Below are positions 10,110 through 18,435 of a DNA stretch of 64,000 nucleotides, piece after piece. The DNA is taken from contig JASGLU010000001.1 in NCBI GenBank assembly GCA_030156825.1, forward strand, positions 2,556 through 66,555. Direction: 5' to 3'. Under the pieces are notes generated by a model. The model saw only the letters and a list, made by a program, of their open reading frames with translations. It was not told the origin of the DNA and searched no databases. The translations under genes were made by a program, and so were the position numbers. The DNA comes from Candidatus Atribacteria bacterium. GTDB lineage: Bacteria; Atribacterota; Atribacteria; Atribacterales; JASGLU01. Within the stretch, counting starts at the first letter, position 1. Each line of letters starts with the position of its first letter.

Positions 10110-10889
10110 ATGGTGCCCAAGAGTTCAATTGGCACTTTAGAACAAGCAATAAAGATTCTTGAATTAGTTGTTTTTGGAGAGAAAGGCGGTTTGACCTTAA
10201 AAGAGGTAACTGAAAAAACCGGCCTTCACTCTTCGACGGTTTATCGATATCTTAATACTTTTTTACAGTTTGGTTATCTTAAAAAAGAACCAACCGGTCT
10301 TTATAAGCCGGGAATTAAATTGCTGGAGCTGGGTAACCATGTTTTAAATAGCTTCGATTTAAGAGAAATTGCCCATCCTTACTTGGTAGAGTTGGTAAAC
10401 CGAGTGAACCAAACAGCTCATTTAGCAATTAGAGAGGGGGATGAGGCTCTTTATATCGATAAAGTAGAAGGTCCTAAAACCTTACAAATGCGCTCCCGGG
10501 TGGGGATGAGAGTCCCTCTATATTGCACTGCTTTAGGCAAAATCCTTTTGGCTTATTCTGATAAAGAAGATGTGGATCGATATCTGAGGGAGGTGGAGTT
10601 GAAGCCTCGGGCTCAAAATACTATTACTTCTTCCCTGAAACTTAAAGAAGAACTATCAAGAGTTAAGCAACAAGGCTATGCTATTGACAATCAAGAAAAT
10701 GAACAGGGTATAGTTTGCGTTGGAGCCCCAATTTTTGATTTTACCGGGCAAGTAGTGGCTGCTCTCAGCGTTTCTGGGTTTTTTAAGGATTTTTCGGGGG
10801 GTAAAATCCAGGAAATTATATCTCATTTACGAAAAACAACTGCTTTAATTTCCAAAGGTTTAGGAGGGTCAGTTAGCCAAGGTGCCTAA
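10110..10889 (+). CDS. IclR-family transcriptional regulator
   Basis: N-terminal wHTH LTLKEVTEKTGLHSSTVYRYLNTF plus a C-terminal IclR effector domain. The ATG follows directly after the kinase stop. Confidence 0.9.
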   Translation: MVPKSSIGTLEQAIKILELVVFGEKGGLTLKEVTEKTGLHSSTVYRYLNTFLQFGYLKKEPTGLYKPGIKLLELGNHVLNSFDLREIAHPYLVELVNRVNQTAHLAIREGDEALYIDKVEGPKTLQMRSRVGMRVPLYCTALGKILLAYSDKEDVDRYLREVELKPRAQNTITSSLKLKEELSRVKQQGYAIDNQENEQGIVCVGAPIFDFTGQVVAALSVSGFFKDFSGGKIQEIISHLRKTTALISKGLGGSVSQGA

Positions 10890-11167
10890 AAATGAGTTTA
10901 TACTTTGGTTGTCATTCTTCCGCCGGTGCTTTTGTGGCCAACAGCGGAGGCTGAGTTTGTACTGATTGCTTGCCAGAGATGTTTGTTGTTGTTCTGATTC
11001 AACCGTGGGACTTTAGAGCTGTAAAAGGAAAATGTGATAAAGAAAGACCTGACCCCCAAATTTTTGGTTGAAAAATAAAAAATTTTGTAGGGAACCCATA
11101 AAGTTTTTAAAAAATATTCCGATATATTATAATAGTATTTAGTTGGTTTGATTTTCTATTTTAATCA

Positions 11168-11255
11168 TTTTCAAGGGCAAACTCTCCGAAAGGAGAGGAC
11201 GCAAAGCCACGAGCCTAAAGCAGGTTCTGCTAAGGCAGTCGGGTTGCCGGATCTC
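11168..11255 (+). promoter_or_regulatory. c-di-GMP-I (GEMM-I) riboswitch aptamer
   Basis: AGGGCAAAC, TCTCC-GAAA-GGAGA hairpin, GGACGCAAAGCC, CCTAAAG, AGCAG-GTT-CTGCT hairpin, GGCAGTCGGGTTGCC. This matches the remembered Vibrio cholerae Vc2 aptamer element by element. A TATAAT box lies at 11128-11133 upstream. Confidence 0.85.
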
Positions 11256-11338
11256 AACGGTTGAGATTCGTTAAGCAATAACTTTTGGCGCGTCACTCTC
11301 GATATTCCTTCGGAGAAGCCCTGAAGGAGGTACGAGAG

Positions 11339-12004
11339 ATGAAGCGCTGGTCTTTCTTCCTTACCATCTTCGGGCTTATCCTGATTATTCTGGTTTCCGG
11401 ATGCAGTAATTCTATAAATACTCCGGAAACCGGTTTTGACATTTCCTCTTCTCCCACCGCTGGTGGAACACTGGATAAGTTCATTGAGCTTTCTGATAAC
11501 AAAATCCTTCTTGATGTACCTTTTCTTCCTCAGGTTCCACCTGGTGATTGGGTAAATACCCGTAATTGTGGGCCTACCTGTGCGGTGATGATGCGGGCTT
11601 ACTATTTTGACATTCAACCCTTCCCTGACCATATCATTCAAGCCAATAACTGGCTTAATGCTCGTTTTGGCCTCCCGATTAACGGTTATAATGGTGACTG
11701 GACCAATATTTTTCAGATTCGTGCCTGGCTGGACAGCGAAGATGTGCCAACTAAAGTAGGGATGGGAAATCTGGAACGAGCTCAGGCTATGCTTTCTGAA
11801 GGTAAACCTTTTCTGGTGGCAGTTTATTCTAACATGAACCCCAGTGGCGGTGCTAAGCATGCTATGCTGGTAGTTGGTATCGACTCTAACAATATCTATG
11901 TCAATGACCCGGGTAAAGTTGCAGGAGCCAACAACTCTTATCCCATTTCTCAATTTCTTTCTGCCTGGGGCGCTCAGGGAAATTGGTATTTAGCTTTGGA
12001 CTAA
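11339..12004 (+). CDS. Peptidase C39-like (papain-fold cysteine peptidase) lipoprotein
   Basis: ATG 11339 lies 8 nt after GAAGGAGG. Signal peptide with lipobox LVSGC. Catalytic-type motifs NCGPTCAVMM (Cys), AKHAMLVVG (His) and YVNDP (Asp). Confidence 0.75.
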   Translation: MKRWSFFLTIFGLILIILVSGCSNSINTPETGFDISSSPTAGGTLDKFIELSDNKILLDVPFLPQVPPGDWVNTRNCGPTCAVMMRAYYFDIQPFPDHIIQANNWLNARFGLPINGYNGDWTNIFQIRAWLDSEDVPTKVGMGNLERAQAMLSEGKPFLVAVYSNMNPSGGAKHAMLVVGIDSNNIYVNDPGKVAGANNSYPISQFLSAWGAQGNWYLALD

Positions 12005-12204
12005 AATTAAGCCTCCTCCCGGAAAAGGCAAAGAAGATTGTTAGAGAAAAGGTTATGAGGTCTTCCGCAGATTTGTGAGAGGATGATACTCCTTATTGTT
12101 GAAGCTATTTCATCCTCATGCGTTTCTCTCCCTTTTATTTTTCCTCTGGAGTTTTCCTTCAATGGCGGGGGGAAATGTATAATTTCTTCTCCTATTGTTC
12201 TTTT

Positions 12205-12323
12205 CGTTGTTCCCGAAATTTAGCTGGGAATTCATCCTCTTCTACCATGTCTGTAATCTTTAATTAGGCATCTAGATACTTTTAAAACCATAAGCCCCTA
12301 ATAAAACCATTCAGGGGTGATAG
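12205..12323. repeat. Two members of the dispersed hairpin-repeat family
   Basis: CGTTGTTCCCGAAATTTAGCTGGGAATTC (12205-12237) and GCCCCTAATAAAACCATTCAGGGGTGATAG (12293-12323). Close relatives occur at 15799-15825 and 15676-15707. Confidence 0.7.
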
Positions 12324-12390
12324 AAGAAGAGATAATGGATTATTCTTCCTATAGTGACTGTCTTACAAAATAGGAGTAGTAGCTACCAAA

Positions 12391-12408
12391 ATAGGAATAT
12401 TTACCTAT
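12391..12408. promoter_or_regulatory. Palindromic operator-like site ATAGGAA-N4-TACCTAT upstream of the adhesin gene
   Basis: 7-4-7 inverted repeat ~70 nt before ATG 12480. Extra half-sites TTCCTAT (12346-12352) and ATAGGAG (12370-12376). The same architecture recurs at 18436-18453. Confidence 0.3.
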
Positions 12409-12479
12409 AGGATTCCTCCTTTTTGGGGATTATTCTTGTTACAGAAAAGGGACTTAATCCTTGAAAGGAGGAAATAATA

Positions 12480-15254
12480 ATGAACCACAAAAATCTTTTT
12501 TTACTGGTGGCCATTATAACTTGTTCTTTGGCTTTAATGGCTGGTTGTGTGAGTTCCCCTCAATTTGGTGCTCCAGAAACAACTGGTGCGACAATAACTG
12601 GCCGGGTGGCAACTCCAGAGAGCTGCTTTACTGGTGCCTGTGATAACCCATCTATAACTGATGGTAAACCTCTTCCTTTAGCTACAGCTCTCTTTTATGG
12701 AGGAGATAGCGGGCAGCTAAAAATCCAAGGTGAAACTGAGTGTGACGGATCTTTCGGAGTAAGTGCAGGCGGCGAAGGAAGCTACGTTCTCTATACAGTA
12801 AGAGAATACCCAGAGGGTTCTGGTAAATATGTGGTGGTTAAAAAAGGCATCAACGGCTCCTCTGGTGATGTGGGTGAAGCTAACGCATATACTACTTCTC
12901 AGGTAATTATCTGGGAACGTGCCAACGCTCTTTATGGAGAAGGTTTTACTCCTTTTGATGCTTCCTGGTATGCTCAATATAATTGGGGATGGAGCTTTGA
13001 CCCCGCTAAATTAGTTCTTCCAGTGAGCGATATTCCTAACCTCCAACCCACTGCTCAGCTTTTGGCTGCAGTAGAGAAGGCTCTATCTGAATGCCGTGAC
13101 CCGCAGGGAGATGGAGATGTAATATATTATGCTGAAGCAATTGCTAAAACCCAATTCGGTGCTCCTGGCGGTGGTGGAGGTACTACTGGAGGCGGAGGAA
13201 CTACAATCATTGTTGTCCCAACTCCCACTACAGGTCCCACTTCTGCACCAACAACACTTTACAAAATAACTGGCACAGTATATGTTAAAAGCGAAGAAGG
13301 CGCAGCAGTGCCCTATGATAATTCTAAAGGAGCTATTGGATTACGATTAGTTAAAAAGGCCGATAGTAGTAAAATTGAAGATACTTTTACTGAAAACGAC
13401 GGAACATTTGAATTTTCACCAGTTCCTGCTGGTGAGTATGTAATTAAAATTATTTCTGCCCCCGAAGGCTACGATGTAACTGCTCTTCCTAAGTCTAAAG
13501 CTGTGACTAAAGCGACATCGGATGCTAATATTGAAGTGGTTATTGTTAACGCCGATAGTGTAGGGAACAATTTTCTATTGGAAAAGGCCAGTCCAAAAAC
13601 TCATTTTGTTGATGGCTATGTATTTGAAGATCAGAATAACAACGGGGCTTATAATGATGGCGAGGGAATAGCAGGAATCGAGGTTAAGTTGAACGTTGTC
13701 AGCAACACAAAGGTTTCTATTGAGTGGAACAAGACAACCGATGAAAATGGGTATTACAAATTTGTAGGGCTTGAAGATGGGGTTGAGTATAGAGTTAGGC
13801 CAATAATTGCAAATACTTCGTATGGAGATGCGACCCCAAATAACTATCAATTTACTATTAATGGGTCGAATTTAAGAGATAAAAATTTCCAACTTAAAAG
13901 AGTTCCCGCAGAACAGACCTATTGTATAAGTGGTTATACTTATGAGAATGGGACTACTAGCCCAGTACAAAATGTCACCGTTAAGTTGCTTGATCACACT
14001 ACTGGCTCTTTAATAGCTAATACCACGTCCGATACTAATGGTTTATACCAGTTCTGTAACTTGTCGGATAAGAAAACATATCGAATCAGGGCAGAAATAC
14101 CATCAGGATATACTAATGTCGATCCAAATAGACGAGTTATACTAATCAATGGTGCAAACGTTATTGATGCCTCTTTTTGGTTTGTGAAAGCCTCTGCGCC
14201 AGTTTATACTCTCACCGGTATTGTGTATGCATCAGATGAAACTTGCGATACTCCATGTGGTGATTGCGATCAAGTAATATCCAAATCTCTTCAAACTGTG
14301 GCAGGTGTTAAAGTTGTTCTGAAAAAATACAATACCTCAACTAACAGCTGGGACAAAGTAAATGAAGTGACAACAGATGGGGATGGAGTTTACACTTTTG
14401 TTAACAACAGCGCCGGAAAATATCGAATAGTCGTTCCAGTGCCACAGAGTGATTATCCATATGTCACTCCCGAAAAATATGAAATTGATATTGTCACTCT
14501 GATAGGTAGGAATCTTGATTTTACTCTGAGCTGCTGTCAAGATAATCCCTGCTGTGAGGTGCCTAAAATCAGGAAACTCACTTTACAAGATGGATGTTCT
14601 GATCCAGTTCCATCGTCTTTTAATGGTATAAATATTGACTTTGAAGGACTTCCTGGAATAAGTGGAATGGGAAATTTGAATGGTGTTCTTTGCCCATCTT
14701 GTAGCCGTGACTATTGTTTGTGTTGGATTATGGGTGATTTGGAGATGAAACAAGGAAATAATCTGGAATATAAATTCGAAGCATTTTTCATTCCTGCAAG
14801 TGGACTTCAATTTGGACCATTCACTATTGGTTCAGAAATGAATAAAGATTTCTTATTGAAAAATATACCGATTAAATCTGGAGAAAGTCTTACAGTTATG
14901 ATTAAGGCAACAGCTTCTAATAGTTGCGGAAGCGATTTTACCACTGAACAAATTGTTCTTAATTGCCAAGGAGAAGAGCCGGGAATTGGATGTTTATTAG
15001 TAAAAGTTTCTAACCCACAAGGTGAAGGTTTTGGAGCTGGTTGGGTAAAATTGCATAATGACAGCCATACATTTGGACCATATAATACAGACAGAAATGG
15101 ATATTATACGTTTACAAATATACCTGTAGGAACTTATACACTTGAAGCGGGTGTAAAAGGACATCATAATTGGACAAGGCCCTCAAAAACTGTAGAAATT
15201 ACGGGAGGAGGAACCACTTGCCAAGAAGAATCGTTGCAATACACAAAAAAATAA
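12480..15254 (+). CDS. Large surface lipoprotein/adhesin with SdrD-B/Cna-B-like (carboxypeptidase-regulatory-like) repeats
   Basis: Lipobox LMAGC and RBS GGAGG. Gly/Thr/Pro hinge GAPGGGGGTTGGGGTTIIVVPTPTTGPTSAPTT. At least five ~100-aa repeats ending in DxNGxYxF motifs (e.g. DGYVFEDQNNNGAYNDGEGIAGIEVKL...TDENGYYKF). A Cys-rich module lies near the C-terminus. Confidence 0.8.
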   Translation: MNHKNLFLLVAIITCSLALMAGCVSSPQFGAPETTGATITGRVATPESCFTGACDNPSITDGKPLPLATALFYGGDSGQLKIQGETECDGSFGVSAGGEGSYVLYTVREYPEGSGKYVVVKKGINGSSGDVGEANAYTTSQVIIWERANALYGEGFTPFDASWYAQYNWGWSFDPAKLVLPVSDIPNLQPTAQLLAAVEKALSECRDPQGDGDVIYYAEAIAKTQFGAPGGGGGTTGGGGTTIIVVPTPTTGPTSAPTTLYKITGTVYVKSEEGAAVPYDNSKGAIGLRLVKKADSSKIEDTFTENDGTFEFSPVPAGEYVIKIISAPEGYDVTALPKSKAVTKATSDANIEVVIVNADSVGNNFLLEKASPKTHFVDGYVFEDQNNNGAYNDGEGIAGIEVKLNVVSNTKVSIEWNKTTDENGYYKFVGLEDGVEYRVRPIIANTSYGDATPNNYQFTINGSNLRDKNFQLKRVPAEQTYCISGYTYENGTTSPVQNVTVKLLDHTTGSLIANTTSDTNGLYQFCNLSDKKTYRIRAEIPSGYTNVDPNRRVILINGANVIDASFWFVKASAPVYTLTGIVYASDETCDTPCGDCDQVISKSLQTVAGVKVVLKKYNTSTNSWDKVNEVTTDGDGVYTFVNNSAGKYRIVVPVPQSDYPYVTPEKYEIDIVTLIGRNLDFTLSCCQDNPCCEVPKIRKLTLQDGCSDPVPSSFNGINIDFEGLPGISGMGNLNGVLCPSCSRDYCLCWIMGDLEMKQGNNLEYKFEAFFIPASGLQFGPFTIGSEMNKDFLLKNIPIKSGESLTVMIKATASNSCGSDFTTEQIVLNCQGEEPGIGCLLVKVSNPQGEGFGAGWVKLHNDSHTFGPYNTDRNGYYTFTNIPVGTYTLEAGVKGHHNWTRPSKTVEITGGGTTCQEESLQYTKK

Positions 15255-15296
15255 TTTAATAACACATTTACATCAGTTGTAAGTTTCAAGTAGATT

Positions 15297-15347
15297 AAAA
15301 ACACCTTCCGGCCAATTGGATTTAATAGATTGTCCGGAGGTGTTTTT
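15297..15347 (+). terminator. Rho-independent terminator of the adhesin gene
   Basis: AAAACACCTTCCGG ... CCGGAGGTGTTTTT: stem of ~10 bp with one bulge, followed by a T-run, 43 nt after the stop. Confidence 0.65.
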
Positions 15348-15675
15348 ACAGTAAGAAATCCGCAAATTGGAAAAAAAGTCCGGGTTATGAACCATATATA
15401 TTATTAAAGGAAATTTAAAGGTGTTTGGAACCATTACTAAGTAGTGATTTTTATTATAAAAAACAATAGCTCCAATGGCTTTTTTGGTTTCTCAAGATAA
15501 AATCCATGTTTAAATAGAGTGCTGGATTATTTCCCAAGAGTTAACCTGCGGGCTGGCGGTAATTGATGGTTATTTTATATGAGCTCTTTAGCCACCATTC
15601 CTACTGCCTTGAGTGGCCTTTATCTATTTTTAGGAGGAGTACTTCTAAGGGAAATCTAAAGGCTCTAAATACTGT

Positions 15676-16125
15676 GGACCCCTGATAAATACATTCAGGG
15701 GTGACGGATATAAGGGTGATAGAGACATTCAGGAATGATAGACTCGAGGAGATTTCACCCTAACCCTAATTCTTTTCCCTCAAGGGCTTCCCGCTTCTGT
15801 CGTTCCTAAATTTAGCTGGGAATCCAGACGAGCTTAAATACTTTTGGATCCCGGCTTAAAGATTGCCGGGATGACGGATGAGGAGGGTCGTTGCGATAAC
15901 AAGAAAAAAGGAGTTTATAAGGGGGGAAACGTTCCCCCTTATACTGAGGGACGCTTTTCCCCTCAGTAGTTCTTGTCTTTTATTCTATCTTTAAATTTTT
16001 GTTTTTAGTGCCGTAGGCTGTTCTGTTTTGTTTACGCCGTAGGCACGCTGGAGTGTTGTTCTCCAGCGTAGTTTTGTCCGAATCCTTTTTAATCTAATTT
16101 GCTTTTTGTTTACGCCGTAGGCTGT
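15676..16125. repeat. Cluster of hairpin repeats and CGCCGTAGGC/T-rich modules
   Basis: Hairpins at 15676-15707, 15799-15825, 15846-15877, 15917-15942, 15943-15967 and 16046-16068. (A/T)CGCCGTAGGC motifs near 16010, 16033 and 16110. Homologous modules occur at 23431-23545 and, inverted, at 31650-31665. Confidence 0.75.
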
Positions 16126-16132
16126 TCTTTTC

Positions 16133-16141
16133 TGCTATAAT
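16133..16141 (+). promoter_or_regulatory. Extended -10 promoter element (TGCTATAAT) for the kinase/regulator operon
   Basis: TGnTATAAT match ~45 nt upstream of start codon 16187. No good -35 element. Confidence 0.35.
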
Positions 16142-16186
16142 ATTATAAAAAGTTTTTTATTTCTTCTATGGTGGAGGGGCGGGGGT

Positions 16187-17716
16187 TTGGTAGAGCATAT
16201 CTTTAGCGGGAGTGAGATAAAAACCCTGGAGAGTATCACTGATAATGCCATAAAATTATCTGGTGCTCAAACTGGGTCTTTAGTCTTAGCCCATAGTGAT
16301 GGGAGTTTATTTATTGCTGCTGGCCAGGGATTGCGGGATGAGTATATCGGAGCTCCAATAAAATCGAATGAAGAAAGCGTATCAGAGCATGTTTTTAAAA
16401 CCGGAGAACCCTTAATTATCGAAGACCGCAATTATAGCCAGTTTTCTCGTCGAAGGAAAAGGGAAGATTATTCTATCTCGCTTCCCATTAAAAAATCTGA
16501 TGGAGCGGTGGTTGGTGTTCTTAACCTGAACCGGACTGATTATCCTTTTAGAGAAGAGGACGTTTCCCAACTGGAGATACTCACCGTTAATATCGCCATC
16601 ATCCTGGAAGAAAACAATATGCGCCGGAGTCGGGAACGCATTATTGTTGCTCTATCTGAAATTGTGGGGTTTTTTGCCTCTTTATTTTGCACTGATGCCT
16701 CAAATGACGTCTTTGAGAAAATATTTTATTCGGTGAAGACCTTAACCGGGGCGAGAAAGGCAGCGGTATTCAAACTTTCCAAAAAAAGACCTTATTTGGT
16801 TTTTGAGAAAGATTGGCCGAAACAGCTCCGGTGGCAAGCATTATCAGAAGTTAATGACCAAATCCAGGAGTGTATGGAGCAAAAGAAAATTATAACTATT
16901 GAACATAGTTCTCAGAATCTTTTCCTCTTTATCCCGTTGATATCGGAAAATCACTCTCCCTATCTTTTTGTAGGTGTTTTGAGAGAACCTATTACCATTA
17001 TCGATTATTTGGTGCTTTCCGCTGTGGTAAATATGGGGAATGCCACTCTGGAAAACATTACCCTTTACCAGAAAAGTAGAAGATTAGCTCAAGAAAGGGA
17101 AAGGAATCGATTAGCTCGTGAGCTGCATGATGGGCTAACGCAGATTATGGTTGCTACTCAAATTTATCTCCATCTTCTGGGGAAAAATCTGGAAAACACT
17201 GACCCTAATATTCTTGCGATTTTGCAAAAAGTTCAATCTTTGAATAAATTGGGTTTGGAAGAATCGCGCTTTATTCTTTCTGAGCTAAAAGGAAAACCAA
17301 TCACTCCTTTGCAATTCCGGGAGAGAATTGATGAAGCTATCAATCTCTTTGCTACTCCTGACAAAGAAATCAAGTTTGAATATAAAGTGGATGTTAAAGA
17401 AATTCCCTATCAAGTTTATCAAACGGTACTGAAAATTTTGCAAGAAACTTTATCTAATATTCAAAAACATGCCCAGGCTCAGAAAGTTACAATTTGTATA
17501 ACGAATAGTACACAGCAGATGATTTTCTCTATAGAAGATGATGGAGTAGGTTTTGACCCTCAAATTTTAGAAGAAAAGGAATCTGACCATTTCGGTCTTA
17601 AAAATCTTAAAGAAAGGGTTCGGGTTTTGCGAGGGAAATTTGATATTAACAGTCAACCGGGATGGGGAACAAAAATTATGGTAAAAGTTCCCTTACCGAG
17701 AGAAATAGCGGTTTAA
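16187..17716 (+). CDS. Cytoplasmic GAF-domain sensor histidine kinase (HisKA_3/NarX-DegS type)
   Basis: No TM segments and two GAF-like N-terminal regions. H-box RLARELHDGLTQ; HATPase motifs EDDGVGF, GLKNLKERV, GWGT. TTG start after GGTGGAGGGG. Confidence 0.85.
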   Translation: MVEHIFSGSEIKTLESITDNAIKLSGAQTGSLVLAHSDGSLFIAAGQGLRDEYIGAPIKSNEESVSEHVFKTGEPLIIEDRNYSQFSRRRKREDYSISLPIKKSDGAVVGVLNLNRTDYPFREEDVSQLEILTVNIAIILEENNMRRSRERIIVALSEIVGFFASLFCTDASNDVFEKIFYSVKTLTGARKAAVFKLSKKRPYLVFEKDWPKQLRWQALSEVNDQIQECMEQKKIITIEHSSQNLFLFIPLISENHSPYLFVGVLREPITIIDYLVLSAVVNMGNATLENITLYQKSRRLAQERERNRLARELHDGLTQIMVATQIYLHLLGKNLENTDPNILAILQKVQSLNKLGLEESRFILSELKGKPITPLQFRERIDEAINLFATPDKEIKFEYKVDVKEIPYQVYQTVLKILQETLSNIQKHAQAQKVTICITNSTQQMIFSIEDDGVGFDPQILEEKESDHFGLKNLKERVRVLRGKFDINSQPGWGTKIMVKVPLPREIAV

Positions 17717-17732
17717 CTTTTGGTATAGAGCT

Positions 17733-18380
17733 ATGAGAATGAGAGTTGCTATTGTTGACGACCATCCCATTTTTGCTGCTGGCTTAAAGCAATTGCTGGA
17801 AAGCGATGGCCGCTATGAAGTTAAGGCAGTGGCTCAGAGTGGAGAAGAAGCGCAGAAAGCTATTGATTTTAACGAGGTTGATGTTGCTCTGGTAGATGTC
17901 AATATGCCGGGAGGGGGTGGTATTGAGTTACTGAAAGCCATCAAACGACAGAGTAAAAATTGCCGGGTGATTATGTTGACGGTTGAGGAAGACGAAGAAA
18001 CTATTAATCGGGCAATGAAAGAAGGAGCCCAGGGATATATCCTGAAACAGGAGTCTCCTGAACACCTATTGAGAGCCATTCAGGCTTCTATGGACGGGGA
18101 AATACTCTTGAGTAGCCACGTCTATACTCGAGTGGTAGATAGAATCAGGAAGACTAGCCCTCCAGAAAAAGAGGAGTCAATTATATATAGCAAATTGACC
18201 GAACGAGAAATTGAAATCACCCGGTTGATAGTTCAAGGGAAAAACAATAAGCAGATTGCGCAGGAGTTATATATCAGTGAAAGTACGGTAAAAAATCATA
18301 TCAGTAACATTATGGATAAGTTATCGTTAAAAAATCGAACAGAGTTGGTTACTATGGCGGTGAGAGAGGGAATGCAGTGA
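17733..18380 (+). CDS. NarL/FixJ-family response regulator (REC + LuxR-type HTH)
   Basis: VAIVDDHP, phospho-acceptor context ALVDVNMPGGGG, C-terminal LTEREIEITRLIVQGKNNKQIAQELYISESTVKNHISNIM. The start may be ATG 17739. Confidence 0.9.
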   Translation: MRMRVAIVDDHPIFAAGLKQLLESDGRYEVKAVAQSGEEAQKAIDFNEVDVALVDVNMPGGGGIELLKAIKRQSKNCRVIMLTVEEDEETINRAMKEGAQGYILKQESPEHLLRAIQASMDGEILLSSHVYTRVVDRIRKTSPPEKEESIIYSKLTEREIEITRLIVQGKNNKQIAQELYISESTVKNHISNIMDKLSLKNRTELVTMAVREGMQ

Positions 18381-18435
18381 TAATAGTGCTGGATAGCACT
18401 TTCCATTTCCCAATATAGTACCTGTAGTGCTTGAA

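Noticed and set aside
11285-11338. Upstream ATG-less extension (MARHSRYSFGEALKEVRE) of the peptidase ORF
   Set aside because: It has no RBS and overlaps the riboswitch expression platform. The signal peptide begins at the Met encoded at 11339, which has a canonical SD.
11171-11953. 260-aa minus-strand ORF covering the riboswitch and the whole peptidase gene
   Set aside because: It is antisense to a gene with a clear RBS, lipobox and catalytic motifs. Its sequence is low-complexity with no motifs, and it would run through a conserved RNA element. Treated as a shadow ORF.
12005-12479. Second c-di-GMP (class I or II) riboswitch directly upstream of the adhesin gene
   Set aside because: I looked for ACGCAAAGC-type and class-II-like cores on both strands and found none. 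The gap contains only hairpin-family repeats and the ATAGGAA palindromes.
15676-16125. Integron attC sites / gene cassettes
   Set aside because: The hairpins lack the GTTRRRY core sites and extrahelical-base architecture. No intI is present and no promoterless cassette ORFs lie between them.
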